DNA of 64,000 nt, from contig CBDCVR010000014.1 in assembly GCA_965223155.1 (NCBI GenBank), positions 1,056,001-1,120,000 on the forward strand. The letters are read 5' to 3'. Shown here one piece after another: positions 41,862 to 51,167 of the stretch; the first letter of the stretch is position 1, and every line of letters begins with the position of its first letter. The DNA is from Candidatus Multivoradales bacterium (GTDB lineage: Bacteria > Acidobacteriota > Thermoanaerobaculia > Multivoradales > JAHEKO01). Under the pieces are notes generated by a model that was not told where the DNA came from, ran no database searches, and saw nothing but the letters and a program-made list of their open reading frames with translations. The position numbers and the translations under genes are program-made.

Positions 41862-43476
41862 AGGTAACCTTGTTGACCTCGCGCAGCGTAGTGACCCCTC
41901 GGTAGACCTCGGCCAGTGCCGACTCGCGCAGGAAGATCATGCCCTCTTCGCTCGCCGCGCGCTTGATTTCGGAGGCCGGGCGGCGATCCAGAATGAGCTC
42001 GCGGATGCGGTCCGACAGATTCAAGAGCTCCGAGATCGCGGTCCGGCCATGGAATCCAGTGCCGTCGCATTCGACACAGCCCGCTCCCTCGTAGAAGACC
42101 TTGCCGGCGACCGCCGCGGCGTCGATCGCGCTTTCCCGCAAGAGCTCGTCGGGCACCTCGACCGGCGCCTTGCAGTGGTCACAAATCTTGCGCACCAGGC
42201 GCTGGGCCAGAACGCAGTTGAGCGCCGAGACGAAATTGTAGAGATCCACCTTCATGTTGAGGAAGCGGCCCAGGACATCGACCACGTTGTTGGCGTGAAC
42301 CGTGGTGAAGACCAGATGCCCGGTCAGCGCCGATTGGACCGCGATCTGGGCGGTTTCCTGATCCCGGATCTCACCAACCATGATCTTGTCCGGATCGTGA
42401 CGCAGGATCGAACGCAGGCCCCGCGCGAAGGTCAGTCCCTTCTTCTCGTTGACTGGAATCTGGGTGATGCCCTTGAGCTGATACTCCACCGGATCCTCAA
42501 TCGTGATGATCTTGTCCTCGCTGCTCTGGATCTCGGACAGGCAGGCGTAGAGCGTCGTCGTCTTACCGGAACCGGTGGGACCGGTCACCAGCACCATGCC
42601 GTAGGGCTCCCGGATGAACTTGCGCAAGCTGGCCACGATCTGTTCGTCGAAACCCAGCACCGGCAGCCGGAGATTGCGGAACTCTTTGTTGATCGACTCC
42701 TTGTCCAGGATTCTGATGACGCAGTCCTCACCATGGACCGACGGCATGACGGAAACGCGAAAGTCGATGGTGCGGCCTTTGAACCGCAGTTTGAATCGGC
42801 CGTCCTGGGGGATCCTCTTCTCGGCGATGTCCAGCTCGGACATGACCTTGATCCGGCTGATGATGGTCTGATGGTGGCGCTTATCGATGGCATCCATCGC
42901 CTGGTAGAGCACGCCGTCGATCCGGTACTTGATGATGACCTCGCTCTCGCGGGTCTCGATGTGGATGTCGCTCGCGCGGCGCTGGATGGCGTTCAGGACG
43001 GTCGAGTCCACCAGCTTGATGATTGGACTCGAGTCGGAGGTGATCCGGTCGATCGACAGCACCTCGTCCTGCTCGCCGTCCTCCTGGACCAGCTGCAGCC
43101 GGAAATCCTCGGTCGCCTCGTCCAGGACGCGCTGGGCGCTCTCGGACTTGCGCAGCACCTCCTCGATGGCGGTGCGCGCGCCGACTTTGACGTCGATGGG
43201 GCTGCCCAGAAGCAGCTCGATCTCGTCGAGCCGGGTCACCTCGGTCGGATCCCCGACCACGATGGTGACGCGCTCGCCGTCGTGACGCTCCGGAATGAAG
43301 CCGTAGCGCAACATCAGATCGAACGGAATCGAGCGAAACAGATCGTTGTCGACCGTAAAGCGATCGCGCTCGACAAACTCCAAGCCGAAACGATCGGCCA
43401 TGGATCGAGCTTCTCGCTCCTCGCGCTCGAGCTCGGCGCTCGACGCGGCATCTTCGACAAAAACCGGCTCGGTCAC
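41851..43476 (-). CDS. GspE/PilB assembly ATPase
   Basis: ASDIHIE, GPTGSGKTTTLY, TIEDPVEY, LRHDPDKIMVGEIRD, tetracysteine CDHC/CVEC. Confidence 0.95.
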   Translation of the reverse strand: MTEPVFVEDAASSAELEREEREARSMADRFGLEFVERDRFTVDNDLFRSIPFDLMLRYGFIPERHDGERVTIVVGDPTEVTRLDEIELLLGSPIDVKVGARTAIEEVLRKSESAQRVLDEATEDFRLQLVQEDGEQDEVLSIDRITSDSSPIIKLVDSTVLNAIQRRASDIHIETRESEVIIKYRIDGVLYQAMDAIDKRHHQTIISRIKVMSELDIAEKRIPQDGRFKLRFKGRTIDFRVSVMPSVHGEDCVIRILDKESINKEFRNLRLPVLGFDEQIVASLRKFIREPYGMVLVTGPTGSGKTTTLYACLSEIQSSEDKIITIEDPVEYQLKGITQIPVNEKKGLTFARGLRSILRHDPDKIMVGEIRDQETAQIAVQSALTGHLVFTTVHANNVVDVLGRFLNMKVDLYNFVSALNCVLAQRLVRKICDHCKAPVEVPDELLRESAIDAAAVAGKVFYEGAGCVECDGTGFHGRTAISELLNLSDRIRELILDRRPASEIKRAASEEGMIFLRESALAEVYRGVTTLREVNKVTFVD

Positions 43477-43480
43477 GGCA

Positions 43481-44710
43481 TCACCTCGGCCCCACGTCGC
43501 TCAGCATACTGAAAAGTGGCAGGTACACGGCCACCAGCAAGGTGGCAACGATCAAACCCATGAGGACCAGCATGATCGGCTCGACCAGAACCAGCAGCCT
43601 GCTCATCTGGGTTTCGACCTCGTCGTCCAGAAAGTCGGAGGCGTTGTTGAGCATCTCGTCGAGGCTTCCGGTCTCCTCGCCCACCTTGGCCATCTCGACC
43701 ACGATGTCGGGGCATTCGCGGGTGGCTTCGAGGGCCGCGTATAGCGCGCCGCCTTCCCGAACCTTGGAGATCATCGGCTGCAAGACCGAGCGGATGTGGG
43801 CGTTGCTGACAGCGCCCACCGAGTTCTCGAGCGCTGGCAGCACCGGAATTCCGCCCGCGAGCAACGTCGCCAGCGAGCGGGCGAACTCGGACAGCGCCAG
43901 CTTGCGGAAGATTTGACCCAAGATCGGCCACCGGAGCTTGAGGCGATCCGTGAACCTCGAGCCCGCGGCCGTGGCCGACCAGCTACGAAAGACGAAGACC
44001 GAGAGCGCGATCGCCGAGGCGACCGCCCACCAGTAGCTGCTCATGAAGCGAGAGAACGCCAGGGTCATACGGGTCAAGAGCGGCAGGTCGGCGCGCAAGG
44101 CCGAGAAGAACTCGGTGAATTTGGGCACCACGTACACCGTCATCACCGCGATCAGGAACCCCGACAGGCCGATCAGGACCGCTGGATAGACCAGGGCCGA
44201 AACGACCTTGCGCCGCGCTTCGGTCACCAGCTGCATGTAGCGCACGAATCGCCGAATCACTCCTTCGAGCTCGCCGCTCCGCTCCCCCGCCTTGAGGGTC
44301 GGAGCGTAGAGCGGTGGCAACACGTCGCCATGTTTCTCGAAGGCGGTGGACAAGTCCGACCCGTCCCGAACCTCACGGTGGACGTCCTCCAGCATCTCGC
44401 GGAAGACCTGGTCCCGTTGGCGCTCGAGCATGAGGCCCAGCGCCTGGAGCACGGGCAGACCCGAGCGCAGCAAGGCGGCGAGCTCCTGGTTGAAGAGCAG
44501 AAGGTCCCGGTCCGGAATGCGGCGGCGGCGAGCGCCCAAGCCCGGTAAGGACAACCGGGAAAGAAGCGAAAGCCCCCCGCGCGGACGCATCTTGAGCACA
44601 TCGAAGCCGCGGCGTTCCAGTTCGAGGCGCAGGCTTGACTCCGAGCTGCCCTCGTGGACCTGTTGGATGACGGCGCCGTCCGCCGTCCCGAGCGTGCACA
44701 CGAACTGCAT
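43481..44710 (-). CDS. GspF/PilC inner-membrane platform protein
   Basis: FNQELAALLRSGLP, AGERSGEL, ALVYP, VGEETGSL, VEP...YLPLF. Confidence 0.95.
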   Translation of the reverse strand: MQFVCTLGTADGAVIQQVHEGSSESSLRLELERRGFDVLKMRPRGGLSLLSRLSLPGLGARRRRIPDRDLLLFNQELAALLRSGLPVLQALGLMLERQRDQVFREMLEDVHREVRDGSDLSTAFEKHGDVLPPLYAPTLKAGERSGELEGVIRRFVRYMQLVTEARRKVVSALVYPAVLIGLSGFLIAVMTVYVVPKFTEFFSALRADLPLLTRMTLAFSRFMSSYWWAVASAIALSVFVFRSWSATAAGSRFTDRLKLRWPILGQIFRKLALSEFARSLATLLAGGIPVLPALENSVGAVSNAHIRSVLQPMISKVREGGALYAALEATRECPDIVVEMAKVGEETGSLDEMLNNASDFLDDEVETQMSRLLVLVEPIMLVLMGLIVATLLVAVYLPLFSMLSDVGPR

Positions 44711-44712
44711 GG

Positions 44713-45489
44713 CTACTCGGCGTCCGCGGTCAGCGTCGCTTCCCGCACCCCTTCGATCACGACCATCAGCGCCTGGCCGCTGGCCTCGGTGCGGGCTAGC
44801 CCGAGCACCATCGGTCGGGTGGTGTCGAGGCTGAGATTGGTATGAATGAGCGCTTCGAGCTCTCCATCTCGCACCCGCGAGAGCCGGAAGCTCTCGAGCA
44901 CGGCGCGATCATCGACGGTGACTTCTTTCAATCGAAAATCCACCGCGAAGTCGTCGCCAACATCCTGGCGCGCCTTCATCCCCTCGACAATCTGAAACTC
45001 GGAACGGGCAATGAGCGAGTAGCTCTCGTAGCGCAGAAGCTGCTTGAGTCGAGCCAACACCGGGGCCGGCAAGTCGGGCCGGCCCGCGCCCTCGACCGGC
45101 GCGCCCGCCCGTACGATCTGAACCCGGATTCGAAGCGAAGCCGCGGGATGGTCGAAGGCGCGCAGGCGCGGCCGAACCCGGCCCAAAACGTCGGCGGTGT
45201 CCCGGACGACGAGGGCGTTGCCGCCGGGCTGGATCTCGACCGTCCCCAGGCTCGAAAGCAGCGGCAGGACGAGTCCGAGAGCCGCCTGGGCATCGCGATG
45301 CTCCAGGTTGTAGGCGTAGAGCTCGAGCGCCTCCGCCGAACCGGAGCCGGAGGCTTCCTCGTCACCGGCGCCTCCTTGCTGGCCGGCGAGCGGCAGACCG
45401 AGGCACGAGATGAGCGCCAACGCTAGCAGGGACTTCCGGACCCCGGACCCGGCGCGGCGAGGCGGCAGGCTAGAGATCCAGGTCTTCAT
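44713..45489 (-). CDS. Exported 'mini-secretin': secretin N3 (NolW-like) domain plus truncated secretin-core-like domain
   Basis: Signal-like RKSLLALALISCLGLPLAG; NALVVRDTAD matches NAIVLRDTAD in the window's own secretin. Confidence 0.7.
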   Translation of the reverse strand: MKTWISSLPPRRAGSGVRKSLLALALISCLGLPLAGQQGGAGDEEASGSGSAEALELYAYNLEHRDAQAALGLVLPLLSSLGTVEIQPGGNALVVRDTADVLGRVRPRLRAFDHPAASLRIRVQIVRAGAPVEGAGRPDLPAPVLARLKQLLRYESYSLIARSEFQIVEGMKARQDVGDDFAVDFRLKEVTVDDRAVLESFRLSRVRDGELEALIHTNLSLDTTRPMVLGLARTEASGQALMVVIEGVREATLTADAE

Positions 45490-46063
45490 TTACGAACAAG
45501 ACGAAAACGAAATCCGATTGGGCGAGGTCGTAGATCCGGCCGCGGCTGGGAGGCAGGAGCTCCAGCGAGGGTGGCAAGGCGGCCTCGCCGGCGATGTCCG
45601 CCAAGGTCCCCGAAGGCGCGGCCATGACCCGCGGTCCCTGTCCGGCGGCCTGGGCCGGCTGGAGCGCTCCGGGGCCGGGCGCTAGCTGGCTCTGCCCGAG
45701 CCAGGCAACTCCGGCGAGCAGCACCAGAGCCGCGGCTGCCGCCCAGGCGGCGCCCCGCCCGGACCCACGAACCGCGGCGCCCCGGCCGCGCTCTCCGAAT
45801 CCGGAGGCTCGGTGGGTCGATGGACCGGCACCGGCCAAACGCCGGCCGGCCTCGATCCGGTCGACGAGGCAGGCGACCTCGGCGTCGGAAAACTCCTCGG
45901 CTACACCGTCCGCCAGGGCCCAGGTCGGCTCAAGGAGATAGGCCTTCGAGCGGCAGGTCTCGCAGCTCGCCAAGTGGTCGAGCGCCTGGAGGCGCTCGGC
46001 CGAACCCTCGCGCAGAAGGGCTTCGCCCGAGTCGGCCAGCCGGTGCCATGCGGCGCAGGTCAT
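45470..46063 (-). CDS. Zinc-binding anti-sigma factor (ZAS / zf-HC2), membrane-anchored
   Basis: N-terminal Cys plus HLASCETC (HxxxCxxC), one TM, short periplasmic tail; ATGA-coupled to the ECF sigma gene. Confidence 0.85.
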   Translation of the reverse strand: MTCAAWHRLADSGEALLREGSAERLQALDHLASCETCRSKAYLLEPTWALADGVAEEFSDAEVACLVDRIEAGRRLAGAGPSTHRASGFGERGRGAAVRGSGRGAAWAAAAALVLLAGVAWLGQSQLAPGPGALQPAQAAGQGPRVMAAPSGTLADIAGEAALPPSLELLPPSRGRIYDLAQSDFVFVLFVNEDLDL

Positions 46064-46830
46064 GTGGAGGCTCCCGGAGATCCCCCGGAGTCCTCAGAGC
46101 CAGCAGAGCCAGCAGAGCCAGCAGAGCCAGGGCCCGCCGCTCGCTCGGAGGCCGCGGTGCGCGCTGCCCGCGACAACGCCGCGTACTCCGGGAAGCGTGT
46201 CTCGAGCTCGCCCCGGAGCTTGCGCCGGGCGGCGAACAGGTGGTTGCGCACCGTCGACTCCCGGCAGCCGAGCGCCCGCGCGACCTCTTTCGACGACAGC
46301 CCCACGACCTCGCGCAGCCAAAAGGCCTTGCGCTGACGCAGGCTGAGACCGGTGGCGAGGTCGCGCAGGATCGCTTCCACCTCGCGGCCCAAAAGCGACT
46401 GCAACCCGGGATCCGGGCGCGAGTGCAGGCTGCGCAGATGATTGCGCACCGGCTCGGTCTTCTGGCGCCGGGTGTCCTTGGCCCGCAGGAAGTCGATCGC
46501 CAGGTTGGTGGTGATCCGGTAGAGCCAGGTGTTGGCGCTCCAGCGCTCGTCGAACTTGTGACGATGCTCCCAGGCCCTTACCAGAGTCATCTGCACCAGA
46601 TCCTTGGCCTCTTCGCGGTCGCCCGTCATGCGGAAGGCGACTTGGAGCAAGGGACGGGTCTTGCGTTCGACCAGCTCGGAATAGGCTTCGGTGTCCCCAG
46701 CCCGAACGGCCAGCAGGAGCTCGGTGTCGGTACGTTCGCCGACCTCTCGCCCGGAGTGATCCCGCCGGCCCCGCCGGGCGCCCCGGGCGGGCTGCGAGCT
46801 GGAATCGGAGGAATCGACGAGATAGGCCAT
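46060..46830 (-). CDS. ECF-type RNA polymerase sigma-70 factor
   Basis: Region 2 EAKDLVQMTLVRAW...TWLYRITTNLAIDFLR; region 4 LREVVGLSSKEVARALGCRESTVRNHLFAAR. Confidence 0.93.
   Translation of the reverse strand: MAYLVDSSDSSSQPARGARRGRRDHSGREVGERTDTELLLAVRAGDTEAYSELVERKTRPLLQVAFRMTGDREEAKDLVQMTLVRAWEHRHKFDERWSANTWLYRITTNLAIDFLRAKDTRRQKTEPVRNHLRSLHSRPDPGLQSLLGREVEAILRDLATGLSLRQRKAFWLREVVGLSSKEVARALGCRESTVRNHLFAARRKLRGELETRFPEYAALSRAARTAASERAAGPGSAGSAGSAGSEDSGGSPGAST
46095..46130. repeat. Perfect 9-bp tandem repeat (CAGAGCCAG)x4 in the 3' end of the ECF gene
   Basis: Read directly from the sequence; encodes a GSA repeat. Confidence 0.9.
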
Positions 46831-46964
46831 CGCTCTGGGTTTGTACGAGCCCGGACATCGGATCGTCTAGGCGGATCCTTGCGCCGGGCGCTCGCCGCGC
46901 CTCCAGGTTCCGCGCCCCTTGGCTGGTTAGGAACCGGACTCCCGAAACCACGACGAGACAAGGA

Positions 46965-46972
46965 ATTATACT
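46965..46972. promoter_or_regulatory. Overlapping divergent -10 hexamers (TATAAT minus, TATACT plus)
   Basis: ATTATACT between the ECF gene and waaA; no good -35 elements. Confidence 0.5.
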
Positions 46973-47009
46973 GTCGGGCCACGCCCGCAGCCGGCCGGCG
47001 CCGAGTCCC

Positions 47010-48269
47010 ATGTGGCTTCTCTACCAGCTCGCCTACGCCCTGCTCCTGGCCCTCGTCGGACCCATTCTCTGGCTGACGCGCCGCCGACACTACCGGGAGA
47101 GCCTGCCCGCTCGGCTCGGCCGCCAGGAGGCAGGGCGAACGGCGGACCTCTGGATCCACGCGGTCTCGGTCGGCGAGGTCTCGGTGGCGGCGACCCTGGT
47201 ACCGCTTCTGGCCGATCCGAGCTCGCTGGTGGTGACCACGGTCACGCCCACCGGCCAGGCCCGCGCCCGGGCCGCCTTCCCCGAGGCGGCCACCACCTAC
47301 CTGCCATTGGAGCTTGGCTTCGCCATCCGCCGGTTCCTGAATGCCTTTCGCCCGCGGGCCCTGGTGCTGTCCGAAGGCGACTACTGGCCCCACCTTCTCT
47401 TCCAGGTCCGCCGGCGGTCTCTCCCGGTGGTGGTGGTCAACGGGCGAGTCAGCGGGCGAAGCTTCGCCCGCATGCTCCGCGTACGCCCGTTCCTGGGCGC
47501 TCTCTTCGATCCGATCTCAGCCTTCGGCGTGCAGACCGAGGTGGATCGAGACCGCTTGATCCGCCTGGGAGTGGATCCCAAGCGGATCGCGGTTACCGGC
47601 AACCTCAAGTTCGAGTTTTCCGAGCCGCCGGAGAGCACGGACGCCAGCGCCCTCATTCGCGACCTTGCGCAAGGCCGCAAGGTGATTCTGGCGGGCTCCA
47701 CGATGCCAGCCGAGGAGGCCAAGCTGCTGAGCGCGTTCGACGGCCTCGACGCCGGCCGCGTCCTCCTGGTCGTGGCGCCACGACATCCCGAACGCTGGGA
47801 TCGCGTCGCCGCGCGGCTAGAGCGATCGGGGCGCCACGTGGCGCGCCGAAGTCGGCTCCCCGCAAGGCCGTCCGGGGTCGAGCACCGAATCGACGTCCTA
47901 CTGCTCGACAGCATGGGCGAGCTCGCCGGCCTCTACCGTTTGGCCGACATCGCCTTCATCGGTGGCACCCTGGTACCCACCGGGGGACACAATCCGCTCG
48001 AGGCCGCGCGCTTCGGCGTGCCCGTGACGGTAGGGCCGAGCATGGAGAACTTCCACGAGATCGCCGAGGCGTTCGAAGAGGCGCGCGCCTGGCGGCAGGT
48101 CGCCGACGAGACAGAGCTCGGCGCCGTCTGGAGCGAATGGGTCGACACGCCGGCTAAGGCGCGCGCGACGGGCGAGCGGGGACTCGCGGTCTTTACTTCC
48201 AAGCGGGGTGCGCTCGAGCGCACCCGGGAGCTTCTGCGGCGCCATCTCCCGAAGGACCTTCTGGCATGA
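47010..48269 (+). CDS. waaA: Kdo transferase
   Basis: WIHAVSVGE, VNGRVS, TGNLKF, GGHNPLEAA. Confidence 0.95.
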   Translation: MWLLYQLAYALLLALVGPILWLTRRRHYRESLPARLGRQEAGRTADLWIHAVSVGEVSVAATLVPLLADPSSLVVTTVTPTGQARARAAFPEAATTYLPLELGFAIRRFLNAFRPRALVLSEGDYWPHLLFQVRRRSLPVVVVNGRVSGRSFARMLRVRPFLGALFDPISAFGVQTEVDRDRLIRLGVDPKRIAVTGNLKFEFSEPPESTDASALIRDLAQGRKVILAGSTMPAEEAKLLSAFDGLDAGRVLLVVAPRHPERWDRVAARLERSGRHVARRSRLPARPSGVEHRIDVLLLDSMGELAGLYRLADIAFIGGTLVPTGGHNPLEAARFGVPVTVGPSMENFHEIAEAFEEARAWRQVADETELGAVWSEWVDTPAKARATGERGLAVFTSKRGALERTRELLRRHLPKDLLA

Positions 48270-49333
48270 GAAGGACCTCCGACTCGGCCGTCCTACCCGG
48301 CCTCCCGGCACCCTCGCGCTCGCCGTGGCAACTTCTCTACGCCGCCGCCCATCGCGTCAGGCGCCGGCGTGGGACAGCCACCGCCGCTCGCCTGCCCCGG
48401 CCGGTGCTGAGTGTCGGTAACCTGCACTGGGGCGGCACCGGCAAGACACCGATCGTGGCCGCCGTGACCCGGCACCTTTTGGAGCGCGGGCTGCGTCCGG
48501 CAATCCTCTCGCGCGGCTACGGGCGCGAGGGCAGCCAGGTGCGGATCGTCAGCACCGGCGAGGGCCCGCTCTTGGGACCGAGCCTCGCGGGCGACGAGCC
48601 GGTTGCCCTAGCCGCGGAGCTGCCGGGAGCGGCGGTCGTCGTCGCCGCCGAGCGCTACCTGGCGGGTCTGCACGCGCTCGAGCGCCTAAGTCCCGACCCC
48701 GACTGCTTCGTCCTGGACGACGGCTTCTCCCATCTGGCTCTGGCCCGCGATCTGGACCTGGTGGTCGTACCCTCGGCCGACCCCTGGGGTGGCGGCCGGC
48801 TGGCGCCGAGCGGGCGGCTGCGTGAGCCGTTGGCGGCGATTCGCCACGCGTCGGCCGTGCTGGTTTCGAACGCGGAGCCGCCGGCCGGTCGCGAGGCCGC
48901 CGAGCGCCTGCGCGAGCTGGGCTTCGACGGACCGGGCTTTTCCTGTCCAATCGAGATCCTGCCGCCCAGGACCGAACGCGAGGAGGCGCTCATGGATGGC
49001 GAGCCGGTCTTTCTGGTCTCGGGCATCGCACGGGCCTCGCGCTTCCGGGAGACCTGCGCCAAGCTGCCGCTAGCCGTGCAGGGCTTTCTCGAATTCCGCG
49101 ACCATCACCGGTATGGTCGAGGCGATCTCGAGCGCATCGACCGCGCCGCCGCCGAATCAGGCGCGCGCTTCGTCCTGACGACGACCAAGGACTTCGTCAA
49201 GCTCCTGGGCCGGCTCGAAACACCGCTCGCCCAGCTACCGGTGCGAGCCATCCCCGAGGACGGTCTCTGGAGCTGGCTGGATGCCGAGCTCGACGATTGC
49301 ATCGAGCGGCTCTCGGGGACCGGCTCCGAATGA
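48266..49333 (+). CDS. lpxK: Tetraacyldisaccharide 4'-kinase
   Basis: SVGNLHWGGTGKTP, LSRGYG, GDEP, LDDGFSH, GRLREP, TTKD. Confidence 0.95.
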   Translation: MRRTSDSAVLPGLPAPSRSPWQLLYAAAHRVRRRRGTATAARLPRPVLSVGNLHWGGTGKTPIVAAVTRHLLERGLRPAILSRGYGREGSQVRIVSTGEGPLLGPSLAGDEPVALAAELPGAAVVVAAERYLAGLHALERLSPDPDCFVLDDGFSHLALARDLDLVVVPSADPWGGGRLAPSGRLREPLAAIRHASAVLVSNAEPPAGREAAERLRELGFDGPGFSCPIEILPPRTEREEALMDGEPVFLVSGIARASRFRETCAKLPLAVQGFLEFRDHHRYGRGDLERIDRAAAESGARFVLTTTKDFVKLLGRLETPLAQLPVRAIPEDGLWSWLDAELDDCIERLSGTGSE

Positions 49334-50166
49334 GGTCTCCCCAGATCTTTCCAGCGGCCGTCGGCGGCCTCCTCGGGCGCCTTGGGTACCACGCACTGCC
49401 CGACCGGCGACGAATCTGCGTTCGCAATCTGAGCCTGGTTCTGCCCGAGGCTCCGGGCGCCGAGCTGGCTCAACGCGCCAAACGCGCCTTCCGCAACGCC
49501 GGCGCGTCGCTTCTCGAATCCATGACTCTGCCCCGGCTGAGCCGGAGGCGCATCTGCCGGCTCGTGACCTTCGAAGGTTGGGAGAACTTCGCCGCGGCCG
49601 AAGCCCTCGGGCGCGGGGTCATCGTTTCGAGCGCGCACCTTGGACTCTATGAGGGCCTGGCTGCGATCATCGCGCTCTTTCGGGGACCGACTCACTTCGT
49701 CGCCCGCCCGCTGCCCCTCCCGGCCCTTGATCGGTACGCGCGCCGGCTGCGGGAGCGCTTTGGCAACCGCACCATCGACAAACACACCGCCGCTCGCGGC
49801 ATGCTTCGAACGCTTGAGGAACGGGGTCGGATCTCGATTCTGATCGACCAGCGCGTCCATCCGAACCAGGGCGTCGAGGTGCCGTTCTTCGGCATGCCGT
49901 CCTGGACCAGCCCGTTGCCGGCGCAGATCTCGCTTCGCACCGGCGCCCCTGTCCTGCCCCTGTACATGATTCGGCGGCCCGGCGGACGCTACCGGGTCAC
50001 AGCCCGCGATCCCATCGTGCCCCGATCCCCGGGCCAGCCGTCGGGAGGGAGCAACGAGAGGGCAATCCTCGAGCTGACCGCCGCCTACACCGCCGCCACC
50101 GAAGCCGCCATCCGCGCCGACCTCGAGCAATGGGTCTGGATGCACGACCGTTGGAGACGTCACTGA
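49330..50166 (+). CDS. Lipid A late acyltransferase (LpxL/HtrB family)
   Basis: AHLGLYE (HxxxxE), LIDQ, VPFFG, QWVWMHDRWR. Confidence 0.9.
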   Translation: MRSPQIFPAAVGGLLGRLGYHALPDRRRICVRNLSLVLPEAPGAELAQRAKRAFRNAGASLLESMTLPRLSRRRICRLVTFEGWENFAAAEALGRGVIVSSAHLGLYEGLAAIIALFRGPTHFVARPLPLPALDRYARRLRERFGNRTIDKHTAARGMLRTLEERGRISILIDQRVHPNQGVEVPFFGMPSWTSPLPAQISLRTGAPVLPLYMIRRPGGRYRVTARDPIVPRSPGQPSGGSNERAILELTAAYTAATEAAIRADLEQWVWMHDRWRRH

Positions 50167-51167
50167 GTCCTCGCCACACCCTTCTCGTGCTGCCCAATTG
50201 GGTCGGGGACACCGTCATGGCGCTACCCGTGGCCGAGGCGTTGGCCGCCTCGGGCCGGCGCCTGACGGCTCTGGCGCGGCCCCATCTCGAGTCGCTACTC
50301 GGCCTGGTTCCCGCGATCGGCGACGTCTTAGTCCGGAGCCACTCGAACCCGGAGACGATCGCCGCGATCCGCGGCCGGGGCTTTGACGAAGCGGTCGTCT
50401 TGCCCAACTCGTTCCGTAGCGCCTGGCTCGTCTTCCGAGCCGGCGTGCCGGTGCGCTGGGGGTACCGGGGGGATCTCAGAGGCGCTCTGCTCCACCCGAG
50501 CGTGGTGCGGCCGCCCGGGAGCCGCCACCAGATCACCGACTACGACGCCCTCCTGGCCGAGCTCGGAGCGGAACCGGTACGACCGCTGCCGCGAATCACG
50601 TTGCCAGCGGAACGGGCCGAGCAGGCAGCTTCGCACCTCCGCGACTCAGGGATTCGCCCGGACCCTCCGTCGGCCGTCGGCGTCTTCCCGGGGGCCGAGT
50701 TCGGACCCAGCAAGCGCTGGCCGCCGTCGCGCTTCGCCACCTTGATCCGGCACTTGCGCGACCGCGGGCTTCAACCAGTGGTCATCGCCGGACCGGCCGA
50801 ACGGCCCCTGGCGCGCGAAGTCGCCGGAGCCGACGGCGCCGTTCCCATCGTGGGTCCCGGCCTGGATCTGGCCGAGCTAGCGGCCGTGCTCGGCCGCCTG
50901 CGTTTCCTCATAACCAACGACTCGGGTCCGATGCACCTGGCCGCGGCCATGGGCGTGCCCTGTATCGCCCTTTTCGGTCCTACCGATCCGGCCCGAACGG
51001 CTCCGGCGGGCGCCGGGCACCACGTGCTCTCCCGCGGGCGCTGGTGCGCGCCCTGTTTCAGGAAGCGCTGCCCGCTGTTGCACCAACGCTGCCTCAAGGA
51101 AATCACGGTCGAAGACGTCGCCAACGCCGTCGATCGCGCTCTCGCCAGCTCTCAGCCGATCTCGTAG
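50130..51167 (+). CDS. waaF: ADP-heptose:LPS heptosyltransferase II (GT9)
   Basis: PNWVGDTVM, LPNSFRSA, PGAEFGPSKRWP, NDSGPMHLAAA; start uncertain (possibly TTG 50151). Confidence 0.9.
   Translation: MGLDARPLETSLSPRHTLLVLPNWVGDTVMALPVAEALAASGRRLTALARPHLESLLGLVPAIGDVLVRSHSNPETIAAIRGRGFDEAVVLPNSFRSAWLVFRAGVPVRWGYRGDLRGALLHPSVVRPPGSRHQITDYDALLAELGAEPVRPLPRITLPAERAEQAASHLRDSGIRPDPPSAVGVFPGAEFGPSKRWPPSRFATLIRHLRDRGLQPVVIAGPAERPLAREVAGADGAVPIVGPGLDLAELAAVLGRLRFLITNDSGPMHLAAAMGVPCIALFGPTDPARTAPAGAGHHVLSRGRWCAPCFRKRCPLLHQRCLKEITVEDVANAVDRALASSQPIS

Noticed and set aside
46861-46960. GGAACC hexamers as an autoregulated ECF promoter
   Set aside because: Present on both strands, but no convincing ECF -10 element at 16-17 nt spacing.
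49330-49420. Acyltransferase as a 5'-truncated pseudogene
   Set aside because: The N-terminus is short, but the start is ATGA-coupled to lpxK and the catalytic motifs are intact.
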